Origin: an uncultured delta proteobacterium
GTDB taxonomy: Bacteria; Myxococcota_A; Polyangia; Fen-1088
DNA length: 64,000 nt
Direction of reading: 5' to 3'
Assembly (NCBI GenBank): GCA_963796685.1
Contig: CAWCMR010000025.1
Location: 544,001-608,000 of the forward strand
This document shows, one piece after another, positions 1 to 9,467 of the stretch (position 1 is its first letter; every line of letters starts with the position of its first letter). A model generated the notes under the pieces. It saw nothing but the letters and a program-made list of their open reading frames with translations. It searched no databases and was not told where the DNA came from. Made by a program: the position numbers and the translations under genes.

Positions 1-693
1 GAGCGCCTGCGACTCGTGCACAGGCCGCGGTCTGTCGTGCCGTCCCACCGCGACCAAGGTCGGGCATCGGATCTCGCCGAGACGCTCGTGGAGCGACGGT
101 CGCGAGAAGATCGCCCTGCCCAAAGCCACGATGCTGGTTAGGCGGTCCTCTCCTATCTCCAGAAGCGAACGGCGAAAGCCATCGACGAGGGTTGGCTTGC
201 CGGTGAGGGTTTCCGGTGCGAAGTAGATCGGCACCACTTGTTCGGCCAGCGGTGGCGGGATCGCACCCACGCGCTCCATGAGGTCCAGCATGCCAAAGTA
301 CAGCGCCTGCGTCGCCGCAGGCTCTTCACTGGCGACCGTATCCATCAGCACCAAAGCCTTTACTCGATCCGGGCAATCGAGGGCCGTTTCAATGCCCCAA
401 ATCCCGCCCACCGAAAGCCCAACGATAGCGAGCTCTGCGAGGCCCAGCGCATCGACCAAGCCTCGCATGTCGCCGGTGAGCTTCGACATGGAATAGGGCA
501 CCTCGGGTATGGCGCCAGATTTCCCGTGCCCCCACAGCTCGGGGACGATGCAACGGTAACGAGTCGAGAGCGTCTCGATCTGCGGCGCCCACATGGCAGC
601 GTCCCACAAATAGCTTCCGCCGAAGAGCACGGGAAAGCCCGCGCCGCGGTCGAGGTAGTGAAGGTCTTGTCCGTGGATGGCGATGTGTGGCAT
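1..693 (-). CDS. alpha/beta fold hydrolase (runs off the window start)
   Basis: Not in the ORF track because there is no stop in the window. Manual translation from ATG 693: MPHIAIHGQDLHYLDRGAGFPVLFGGSYLWDAAMWAPQIETLSTRYRCIVPELWGHGKS...IVGLSVGG (GxSxG elbow)...LVLMDT. Confidence 0.85.
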   Translation of the reverse strand, partial: MPHIAIHGQDLHYLDRGAGFPVLFGGSYLWDAAMWAPQIETLSTRYRCIVPELWGHGKSGAIPEVPYSMSKLTGDMRGLVDALGLAELAIVGLSVGGIWGIETALDCPDRVKALVLMDTVASEEPAATQALYFGMLDLMERVGAIPPPLAEQVVPIYFAPETLTGKPTLVDGFRRSLLEIGEDRLTSIVALGRAIFSRPSLHERLGEIRCPTLVAVGRHDRPRPVHESQAL

Positions 694-826
694 GGCGACC
701 TCGCAGAGAAGCGCAATCGAAGAAGCGCAACAAGGCTAGCCCCCGTCCGGCGGAGCTGCCAGGGAGTCGTTCGGACTGGCGGACTGAGCCCTGGCGACCT
801 TTGCGATGAGCGGCCAGACTCGAGCC

Positions 827-1684
827 ATGGCTGACAGCTCGAACATCGCACCGGACAGTACCGCAGTACGTGTGGCTTTGTGGCGCGCCCTGCACGTCGA
901 GGCCGATCCGCCGCCGCACGTGCTCGAGGACGACATCGCCCTCAAATTGGTGGCGCCCGACGAGGGCTGGCGCAATCGTCCCGACATGAGCGTTTTCACG
1001 CGGCCGTTTCGCGCCAGCATCGTCGCGCGTGCTCGCTTCATCGAAGATCGGGTGGCCGCGGAGGTCAGCCGCGGCGTCGGCCAGTACGTCATTCTCGGCG
1101 CCGGCCTCGACACGTTCGCGCAGCGGCGGCCGGACCTCTGCTCGCGCCTGCTGGTGTTCGAGGTCGACCGGCTGGGGCCGCAGGCGTGGAAGCGCCGACG
1201 TCTCGTCGAGCTCGGCTTTGGGGTCCCCGGGTTTCTGCGACTGGTTCCGGTGGACTTCGAGGCCGGCGATTCGTGGTGGCAACACCTCGCGGATGCCGGC
1301 TTCGAGACCAGCCGGCCTGCGCTGATCGCCTCCACCGGCGTCAGCATGTACCTGACCAAGGAAGCCATCGCGGCCACGCTGCGCCAGGTGGCCGGGCTTG
1401 CGCCGGGCTCGACGCTCGTCATGTCGTTCTTGTTGCCCATCGATAGGGCCGATCCCGAAGTGCGTCCCGGCATCGAGCGAGCCGTCCAAGGCGCGGCAGC
1501 CGCGGGCACGCCCTTCATCAGTTTCTTCACTCCTGCCGAGATGCTCGCCCTGGCCCGCGCCTCTGGCTTTCGCGCCCCCCAGCACGTGTCGGCAGCCGCC
1601 CTCGCAGAGCGCTATTTTGCCGGCCGCAGCGACGGCCTTCGGCCGCCCGACAATTCGGAAGAGCTGCTGGTCGCGACGACGTAG
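827..1684 (+). CDS. class I SAM-dependent methyltransferase (LCM/Rv-type)
   Basis: TAVRVALWRA, QYVILGAGLDTFA, VFEVD, VPVDFE and GVSMYL motifs. Confidence 0.85.
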   Translation: MADSSNIAPDSTAVRVALWRALHVEADPPPHVLEDDIALKLVAPDEGWRNRPDMSVFTRPFRASIVARARFIEDRVAAEVSRGVGQYVILGAGLDTFAQRRPDLCSRLLVFEVDRLGPQAWKRRRLVELGFGVPGFLRLVPVDFEAGDSWWQHLADAGFETSRPALIASTGVSMYLTKEAIAATLRQVAGLAPGSTLVMSFLLPIDRADPEVRPGIERAVQGAAAAGTPFISFFTPAEMLALARASGFRAPQHVSAAALAERYFAGRSDGLRPPDNSEELLVATT

Positions 1685-1776
1685 CCGAGTCTCTGGCGGT
1701 GGCGTGCCGTCGGTCTCCACGGGCACCCACCTGGTTTGGCCAAGTCACCGGTGCCGAGGGCCAGGCCTTGCCAGCT

Positions 1777-2712
1777 TCAGCGCCCGGCCGCGAAAAGGCC
1801 GTCGGGGTCGAAGCGCTGGCGGAGGGCGGCCAGGCGCTCGATGTCGACGCCGGACTGGGCGTTGGCCCGCTCTTCGGCATCGGCATCTGCGGTGAGGAAA
1901 TTGATATAGCCGCCGCCCCGGCAGTGCTGATGCACGCGCTCCCAGGTCTCGCGCACCCAGGCGAGGTTGAGGTCGTCCTCATGGGGGTCGTCCCACGCAC
2001 TCGCCACCACGATGATGAAGCGTGCATCCCGATGCCCGGCAGCATTGGTTTCGCCGGCAACCCGGGCGACCTCACCGCCCAGCTGGAGGATCTTCACGTT
2101 GGCGTGCAGCGATGGCAGCCGCCGCGTGGCCGCGAGCAGGATAGCCAACGTGGCATCGTCCAGGTCACCGATGTACTCGCTCTTCCAGTAGTCGCGACGG
2201 CCCTTGGGTTCTCCGGCGTCGAACATCGCCTGAAAGTCGACGAAGCGCCGCGCTTGGATCAAATCGGCCAAGGGCGCACCACCTTGGCGCAGCTCGGACA
2301 GAGCGTGGGCCGCGTCGGTCTCGGTCCCGCCGTGGCAGACCACCACGATTCCCGCCGGCTTTCCCTGCATCGACTTGGGAAGGAAGGGCGCGGCGGGCGC
2401 GGCACAGAGCTTGAGCATGCACCCCATCTCGTCCGGGGCCAACGCAGCCATGGCCCGGAATTGCTCGGCAACCTCTTGCGTTCGTTCGCTTTCGCGCACC
2501 AGCAACCCAGCAACCACCATCGTGCCCATCGGCCGCAGCCGAAAACGGAAGCGCGTAACGACGCCAAAGCCGCCGCCGCCGCCACGCAGCGCCCACAGCA
2601 GCTCTTGGTGCTGCCGCGCATTGGCAACCAACACCTCGCCGGTGCCGGCGACGACCTCTGCCTCATCCAGGTAGTCGCAGGTCAAACCGAAACGGCGCGA
2701 CAACCAAAGCAT
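1777..2712 (-). pseudogene. FAD-linked oxidase (BBE domain), 5'-truncated
   Basis: WLSRRFGLTCD...LLWALRGGGGGFGVVTRF and C-terminal GGYINF...RLAALRQRFDPDGLF. The N-terminal part of the FAD-binding domain is missing. Confidence 0.7.
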
Positions 2713-2852
2713 TGTTTCGAGACCGGCACTGCGACCAAGAGGCGTCCGGCCTCGGTCGACGAACCGGCAGGAAAGGCACCGGTGTCGGCCGCGTGGCCTC
2801 GTCTGCGCCGAAAAGGGGTGATGGCATCGCCCGGCCTCGGTTCGGGCGGGTC

Positions 2853-3406
2853 CTACATCGTGCAGAATGCCGACACTGCCAAGGACTGGGCAGAGGTCAG
2901 CACAGAGCAGGCTCCCACGCTGCAATTGCCACTGACACAGCGATCGCTTTCCACACAGGATGTGCCAGCGGACAGTCTAGCCACGCAGACCGAGTGACTC
3001 GTCCCATTGGCCGCGCAATAGTCCGCATCGTCGCAGACTACCATATTGTCGCAGTCTTGTCCGACTGAGACACGGGTGGAAGCGCAGACCTCGGGGGTGG
3101 AAGCGCAGGGGAAGCCACAACGGGATTGGCTGTCGCCGGGATCGAGTCGGCAAGGCGCGCCCCAGCTTGCGCAATTCGACGCCGCTTCCTGGCCCCCCAT
3201 GCAGATGATCCACGTGTCTCCCTCGCAGCGCGCGCCAGCGGTGCTGGAATCGCAGGCGGTGGCGCGTTTGGCGTCGACAAGGTGCCGCCATCGGACGCCG
3301 AGAGGGTGCTGCCATCAACGGAGGACGCGTGCTTGTGGCTGTCGCACGAAATGGCCAGCAAGGTCGGGAACAGGAGCATTAGAAGGGCAAGGCGAGTTTG
3401 TGGCAT
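2853..3406 (-). CDS. Cys-rich secreted lipoprotein, frameshifted near 3230
   Basis: AAAGGA RBS, then MPQTRLALLMLLFPTLLAISC (lipobox). Continues in another frame as the Cys-rich ORF 2853..3200. Confidence 0.55.
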
Positions 3407-3431
3407 GGCAAATCCTTTGAACGTCGGGCGA

Positions 3432-5087
3432 TCACTGCTCGAAGGGACCAAGATCCACGGGCGCGCGGCGAACGACGCCAGCGCGGTCGATGGGGACCTC
3501 GGGCAGCAGGTTGCCGAAATCGAGCCACGGCGTGGTGGCGGTAGGGGCGAAGGCCGCGGGGTCGTGGCCAACCGAGGTGGGAAAGGCCGCGAACCAGGTC
3601 GGGTCGAGGCTGGGGACGACACGCTCGCTGGCGGTGGGACTGTAGGCCGGCGAGCTGTCGTCAGAGCCGAAATACCCCGAGACCCAGGCGTTGTGCTCGA
3701 AGGTGGTGGCCTGCACCGTGGTGGCGTCGGTGGCCAGAAGCTGGCCGTTGGCATTGGCGGTGACGGTGGTGCCGCTGATGGTGAGCGCGACGACGACGTT
3801 GTTCCTGAACTGGTTGCCGGTCGAGTCGTTGGTGACGCCGATGGCCTGTCGGTCGTTCACCTGGGTAATGAAGAGATTGTGCGCCACCAGGTTGTTGGAC
3901 GAGCCGAGCTTGGGGTTGTCTGTCTCTTGCCAGAAGCTCGCTCCGTGCTTCGCCGGCAAGGCGAAGATGTTGTTCTTGATGGTGCTGTTTCTGACCGAGG
4001 TGAAGTTGGGCCCTTGCGCCAGGCTGTGGTGGAAGAAATTGCTGTCGATCAACATGAAGTCGGAGGCACCGCGGCCCCCGGTCGGGCCGCTGCCCGCGAC
4101 CGCATCGCACTCGGGATCGTCGTAGGCCACGCCGTCGTCGGAGCAAGTGGATAGGGGATCCGCGTTGATCTGGAAGTCGGACGAGGCGGTGTTGTAGGTC
4201 TCGTTGTAGCGGGCGATGTTCCAGTCGCTGCCGTTGCTCAGGTAAATGCCGTGTCCGTCGCCGCTGCCCGAGTCGTGGCCGATGCAGCTTTCGATCACCA
4301 GCCAATCGGACTCACCGGTGAAGAAAGGATCCTTGTTTTGCCCGTGGCCGATGTCGTTCAGGACAGCCGTGCCTTTCTGGTGCTGGTTCGCGGGATAGCC
4401 CGAGCCGACGGCGCGCACGCCATAGTCGCCGCCGATCAGCTCGAACCCATCCACCGCAACGTAGTCGGAGGCTTCCAGGTTGATGCAGGTCTTGCGACCG
4501 CTGCTGCAACAATTGATGGTCACCGCGGGTGAGCCGTCGGCCTTGCGCTCACCGACGAGCACGATGGGGTTGTCGTAACTGCCGCCGTGATCCGAGTCGA
4601 GCTCGTAACACCCGGAATAGCTGCCAGCGGTGAAGACGACCATGGTGCCGGGAACAACCGCTGCCAAGGCTGTGGCCACGCTTGTGGGGCTCGCACGCGA
4701 GCTGCCGTTGCCGGTGCCGTTCGGACTGACGTACACGGTGCTCGACGGCTGCCAGGCGCAATCCGTGTAGTACCGATTGAATTTCTCGGAGAAGCCGAAG
4801 TATTGCCCGCCTCGCGCGACAGCGGGCTCCGTCCCCGAGGCCGTGCAGCCGCCGTCGATACCGCTTCCGCCGCCCGTGCCAACGCCACCCGTGCCCTGCA
4901 GGCCCCCTAGCCCGCCGCTGCCTGCGCCACCCGCGCTCGGCTGCCCGCCGGCACCGCCGACGCCGCGATCCGGACCCGGGCCATCTTGGCCGGCCGCACC
5001 GTCGCGCACGCCCGTGCTCGAGCTGCAGCTTACCGACAGCAGCAGGCCAAGGATGAGACGCACCGTCCACGTCAGCTTGGCGTTCAT
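3432..5087 (-). CDS. lipoprotein with Gly-rich linker and right-handed beta-helix (pectin lyase-like) domain
   Basis: LLSVSC lipobox; VYVSPNGTGNGS, HGIYLSN and Asn-ladder repeats; ends VDLGPFE. Confidence 0.7.
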   Translation of the reverse strand: MNAKLTWTVRLILGLLLSVSCSSSTGVRDGAAGQDGPGPDRGVGGAGGQPSAGGAGSGGLGGLQGTGGVGTGGGSGIDGGCTASGTEPAVARGGQYFGFSEKFNRYYTDCAWQPSSTVYVSPNGTGNGSSRASPTSVATALAAVVPGTMVVFTAGSYSGCYELDSDHGGSYDNPIVLVGERKADGSPAVTINCCSSGRKTCINLEASDYVAVDGFELIGGDYGVRAVGSGYPANQHQKGTAVLNDIGHGQNKDPFFTGESDWLVIESCIGHDSGSGDGHGIYLSNGSDWNIARYNETYNTASSDFQINADPLSTCSDDGVAYDDPECDAVAGSGPTGGRGASDFMLIDSNFFHHSLAQGPNFTSVRNSTIKNNIFALPAKHGASFWQETDNPKLGSSNNLVAHNLFITQVNDRQAIGVTNDSTGNQFRNNVVVALTISGTTVTANANGQLLATDATTVQATTFEHNAWVSGYFGSDDSSPAYSPTASERVVPSLDPTWFAAFPTSVGHDPAAFAPTATTPWLDFGNLLPEVPIDRAGVVRRAPVDLGPFEQ

Positions 5088-5250
5088 GACCAGCATGGTA
5101 ACGCGCTTTCCGCAGTTAGGGGATCGCTGCGGTGACGGTTCTTTGTAGGCGAATGTCGGGCGATGCGGGTACTGGCGTTGCTGACAACCCGTGCCCGCAC
5201 GCAGCCTCCGTCGGACGGAGGTCCAGGTTTCTCGACACTATGTCGATTTT

Positions 5251-5279
5251 TGACCGGGAACGACCGGACACGCGGTCTA
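5251..5279 (+). promoter_or_regulatory. putative ECF sigma promoter (-35 TGACCG, -10 GGTCTA)
   Basis: Directly upstream of the ECF gene; same motif spacing as 9359-9387. Confidence 0.5.
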
Positions 5280-5303
5280 TTCCAATGAGGACTCGCCGAC
5301 GCT

Positions 5304-5927
5304 ATGCCCACGCTTCCCTCTCACGTTCCCCTGTCCCTGGTCGTGGATCGGGATTGCCGCGCCGCCAGCGACGGTGACGTCGCACGGGCGCTGAGCGCCG
5401 GGGAAGGCTGGGCCGCGGTGGAGACGTGGCGACGGTTCGCCCCCATGGTGTTGACGCTGGCAAGGCGCGCCCTGGGCTCTCAGTCCGAGGCAGAGGATGT
5501 CGGGCAAGAGGTCTTCTCCCGCGTGTACCGCAAAGTGAAAACGCTGCGCGAGCCCGACAGCTTCCGCAACTTCGTCTACGCCAGTGCCCTTCGCGTGCTT
5601 CAGACCGAGCTCCACCGCAAGAAGATGCGCGCGTGGCTTTCCTTCGAGCAGCCTGATTTGCTCGATGGCCAAGGGCGCGAAACGCTGGACGTGGAGTCAC
5701 GCGATCTGTTGCGAAGGTTCTATGATCTGCTCGAACGGCTGGCGCCGCGCGACCGGATCGTGTTCGTCCTGAGGCGCGTCGAGTCGATGACCGTGGAAGA
5801 GATCGCCGCCGCCATGGGGACTTCGGAATCCACGGTGAAGCGATCGCTGGCGCGCGCTTCGAACCGCCTGTCGCGCTGGATGGAGGAAGATACACGCTCG
5901 GCCGACGGGGGGAGATGGCAACCATGA
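5304..5927 (+). CDS. ECF RNA polymerase sigma-70 factor
   Basis: Region 2 EAEDVGQEVF; region 4 LAPRDRIVFVLRRVESMTVEEIAAAMGTSESTVKRSLARA. Confidence 0.9.
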   Translation: MPTLPSHVPLSLVVDRDCRAASDGDVARALSAGEGWAAVETWRRFAPMVLTLARRALGSQSEAEDVGQEVFSRVYRKVKTLREPDSFRNFVYASALRVLQTELHRKKMRAWLSFEQPDLLDGQGRETLDVESRDLLRRFYDLLERLAPRDRIVFVLRRVESMTVEEIAAAMGTSESTVKRSLARASNRLSRWMEEDTRSADGGRWQP

Positions 5928-7213
5928 GGACGACGACCAGTGAAACCAAGGACTGCCCGGCACTCATCGAGATGATCGACCTTTGCCGCAACAAACTGGG
6001 ACCGCCAACCGCGGCGGAGCTCGACCAGGGGCTCGACGGGTTCCTCGCCCGCATTGCGCCGACCGAGCGTCGCCCGCGGAGACTCGTTCGCTGGTCGCTG
6101 GCGGGTATTGCCGTCGCGCTGTGCACCTTGGTTGCTGTGCAGGTCGCTTCGGTTTTTCGGAGGCGCTCGCTTTCTCGTGAGGAACCAGCGCTTACTTACC
6201 GGGTCGATGGCGGCAGTGTCCTTCAGGGCGGATATCTTCGTGAATCCGGCCACGCCGGGATGAGCGTGCTGTTCAACGAGGGAAGCAGACTGACGCTCAC
6301 GCCGGGAGCGCGCAGCCAGCTCCGCGTGGTCGACCGCGACTCGGCCCACGTGAGCATCGAGCGCGGCAAGGCGTCCTTCCAGGTCGTGCACAAAAACAAT
6401 CGACGCTGGTTGGTCGACGCCGGCCCGTTCTTGGTAACGGTCACCGGAACCGTCTTCACGGTGTCGTGGGATCCGCTGAGCGAGGAGCTCGATCTCCGGC
6501 TGCTCCAAGGCAAGGTCGTAGTGAGTGGTCCGGTCTCGTCTGGTGAAATCGCGTTACGGGCTGGCCAGCGCCTGCTGGCCAATCTTACCAAGGCGGAGAT
6601 GGTCATCACCGACGAGCTGCCGGAGCAAACCAGCAGCGCACCTCCCGGCGCTGCCAGGGTGCCAGTGGTGCCCCCGCCCGGGCTACAGCCGTCGCCGCCC
6701 GAGCCATCCCCAACACCGGCGACCTCTGCGGTCGCCAGTCTGGTGCACGACCATCAATGGAGCCGCAAGTTGGCGCGGGGCGAGTGGGACCGTATCCTCC
6801 AGGACGCCAGGCGCATCGGGGTTGAGACGACGCTGGCCCAAGCCTCCAGCGAAGACCTCTTCGCTCTCGCCAACGCGGCTCGCTACCGACACCTCCTCGA
6901 ACTGGCTCGCGCCGCGCTGCTTGCCGAACGGCGACGCTTTCCCGGGTCGCAGCGGGCGCTGGAAGCGATCTACCTGCTTGGTCGCGTGGAGGAATCGCGG
7001 GAAGCCGGAACCGCCGAGGCAATCGCATGGTACGATGAGTATCTTGTCCGCGCGCCGACCGGCCCGCTCGTGGGAGAAGCTTTGGGACGCAAGATGACCC
7101 TCACCGACAAGCTCGAAGGACCAGCCCGGGCGCGCTCCCTGGCCGAAGAGTATCTTCGCCGCTTCCCCAAGGGGAACTATGCTGGATCGGCGCGCGAGCT
7201 CCTCGCACCGTGA
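5924..7213 (+). CDS. FecR-domain anti-sigma factor with Pro-rich linker and TPR-like C-terminus
   Basis: ATGA overlap with the sigma stop; one TM helix; FecR motif DAGPFLVTVTGTVFTVSW; C-terminal YLRRFPKGNYA. Confidence 0.8.
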   Translation: MRTTTSETKDCPALIEMIDLCRNKLGPPTAAELDQGLDGFLARIAPTERRPRRLVRWSLAGIAVALCTLVAVQVASVFRRRSLSREEPALTYRVDGGSVLQGGYLRESGHAGMSVLFNEGSRLTLTPGARSQLRVVDRDSAHVSIERGKASFQVVHKNNRRWLVDAGPFLVTVTGTVFTVSWDPLSEELDLRLLQGKVVVSGPVSSGEIALRAGQRLLANLTKAEMVITDELPEQTSSAPPGAARVPVVPPPGLQPSPPEPSPTPATSAVASLVHDHQWSRKLARGEWDRILQDARRIGVETTLAQASSEDLFALANAARYRHLLELARAALLAERRRFPGSQRALEAIYLLGRVEESREAGTAEAIAWYDEYLVRAPTGPLVGEALGRKMTLTDKLEGPARARSLAEEYLRRFPKGNYAGSARELLAP

Positions 7214-7223
7214 CCAAGGCCCA

Positions 7224-8270
7224 TTGAACCGCCTGCGCCTTGGGCTCAGTCTTGCGACGCTCCTGGGATGGACCGTCTGGACCACGCCAGCGCGGGCGGC
7301 CACGGTAGCCATTCTGTGGCCACCTGCCCCTTGCGCCGATGTGACCCAGGCATTGACTCTCCTGCGTGGAGAGTTGTTGTCGGTGGGCCTTGAGGTCACG
7401 GAGTCCGATCAGGCAGCCGCCCGCGCTCGCGGGGGAGCCGACTCGGTATCGTGGCTGGAAGCCTTTGCAGCACAAGGTGCGGTCGCCGTGGTCGAGACGA
7501 TTGGAACCGGTGCGCTGGAGGGGCTTGACGTGTGGGTGGTGAAGGCGCGCCCACAACGATTCGAGGTCACTCGGGTTGCCATCGAACCCGATGCTCCAAG
7601 GCAGCCGGAAATGCTGGCCCTTCGCGCGGTCGAAGCCTTGCGCGCGGGCCTTCTCCAGAGCGATTGGGCAGCACGAAAGCGACACCAAGAACCCATCGCC
7701 AAGCCACCGACGGTCGCCGCGCCCACGGGCGCGGGACAGCAGGCCGCGAGTCATGACGAGCGCGTTGGCATCGAGGTTGGAGCCGCTGCAATCATGAGCC
7801 TGGACGGACTCGGCCCTGCGGTGTTGTCGACCGCGCGCGTGGGCTGGGCGGTTCGCCCCTGGCTCGTGATGCAAGCTTCGGTGGCGGGAATAGGGAGCTG
7901 GTCCACAGTGACGACCGCGGCGGGCGACGCGCGGGTCGCCCAGCAATACGCCGTCATCGGGGGCATCTGTCGTCTTCGCTCGACCGAGCGGCTGTGGCCT
8001 TTTCTTGGCCTCGCGGCCGGGGCACTGCGCACGTCCGTCGAAGGGCAAACCGGCTGGAGCACAGGAGGCGGGACCCCGGAGCGATGGTCGGGCGTGGTCG
8101 ACGTGAGCTTGGGAGCGGGGATTCGCCTCTACGGCCGATTGTACGTGAGCTTCGCTGCACACGTCCAGGTGGCCGAGCCCTATGTGGCCGTTCACATTGC
8201 CGACACGGTCGGGGCCACCTCCGGGCGCCCCAATCTGCTGTTGACCCTTACCGTGGGTGCTTGGTTATGA
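7224..8270 (+). CDS. secreted protein with probable C-terminal beta-barrel
   Basis: Signal peptide ending ARA; alternating hydrophobic strands ending LTVGAWL. Start codon is uncertain (TTG). Confidence 0.55.
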   Translation: MNRLRLGLSLATLLGWTVWTTPARAATVAILWPPAPCADVTQALTLLRGELLSVGLEVTESDQAAARARGGADSVSWLEAFAAQGAVAVVETIGTGALEGLDVWVVKARPQRFEVTRVAIEPDAPRQPEMLALRAVEALRAGLLQSDWAARKRHQEPIAKPPTVAAPTGAGQQAASHDERVGIEVGAAAIMSLDGLGPAVLSTARVGWAVRPWLVMQASVAGIGSWSTVTTAAGDARVAQQYAVIGGICRLRSTERLWPFLGLAAGALRTSVEGQTGWSTGGGTPERWSGVVDVSLGAGIRLYGRLYVSFAAHVQVAEPYVAVHIADTVGATSGRPNLLLTLTVGAWL

Positions 8271-9342
8271 AGTCGGGAACGCCCGCCGGGCTTCTGTGCG
8301 TTCTTTGCATCCTGGCCAACACCACCGCATGTTGGCGCACCGACGTTTATCTGGTGACGGCCGACAGCGGCATGGGTGCTGGCGGTGCTGCGGATGGTGG
8401 AACGACCGGCGTGGTGCCGAGCGCCGGTTGCGGAAAGGCATCGACCATCGCTTTTGCGGCGGTTCCGAATCAGGACCCGAGTGCGGCGCCAGGGTCGGGG
8501 CACACGCTGGGACATGGTGTCGGCGGCTACGTCACCCTTCAGAGCAGCGGCAAGACAAGGACCTTCACCATGAGGCTTCCCGACGACTACGACCCGAACC
8601 ACCCTTACTGGTTGAGCTTCACCTTTCACCCCGCGGGCGGCAACACCTACGGAATCGACAACGGCGGAAACAATGGGTACGTCATGGCCTACTACGGACT
8701 CCAAAATCTGTCGAACAATGGTGCGTTCTTCGTGGCACCCGACGGATTGAACGGCGGGTGGGCAAACTCCAACGGGGAAGACCTGAAATTCGTCGACGAT
8801 ATGGTCGAGCTGATCGAGGACAACTACTGCATCGACACCACGCACCTCTTCGCGCAAGGGTTCGCCTGGGGTGGCGGCATGACCTACGAAATCGCATGCG
8901 CCCGCGCGAAGGTCTTCCGCGGGGTCGCGATCTACGAAGGCGCAGTCTTCAGCGGGTGTGACAATGGCAATGACCCGATCGCGTACTGGCAGATGGTCGG
9001 GCTTACCGACAGCACGTGCACCATCGACCTGGCAAGGCCGATGCGCGACCAGTTTGCCAAGAACAACGGCTGCACGCTCCCCGCCACCGAGCCACCCGAG
9101 CCACCTCAGCCTCCACCCTACTTGAACCCCGGAGGGCACGCTGTGCACGGACTACGCCGGATGTTCCAGCGGCCACCCCCTGCGCTGGTGCGTGCATCAG
9201 TCAGGTCTCGGCAACGCCATCGTCGACGGGACCTCGGATTCTCTACAACTCGTGCGCGACGGCTCCCAAGACCTGCTCGACCTCGTGTCCTTGCACCTGG
9301 GTTCCGGAAGACGTGTGGTCCTGGATGACGAAGAGCTTCTAG
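8267..9342 (+). CDS. CE1/feruloyl-esterase-like lipoprotein with substituted catalytic residues; frameshifts near 9140 and 9240
   Basis: PSAGCGK, LPDDYDPNHPY, FVAPDGLNGGWAN, CIDTTHLFAQGFAWGGGM, NNGC. The C-terminus continues across frames to WSWMTKSF*. Confidence 0.7.
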
Positions 9343-9358
9343 AGCACCGAACGATTGT

Positions 9359-9387
9359 TGAACCGAAATGCCAGGGGGCCTGGTCTA
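9359..9387 (+). promoter_or_regulatory. putative ECF sigma promoter (-35 TGAACC, -10 GGTCTA)
   Basis: Upstream of the GH29 gene; same spacing as the motif before the sigma gene. Confidence 0.5.
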
Positions 9388-9467
9388 CAAGGGTGGCCCC
9401 TCGGCGTTCTGTTGGCCCGACCAACCAGACCGGGAGGCCGCAGTGTAGTCGCGCATCAAGGAGAATC

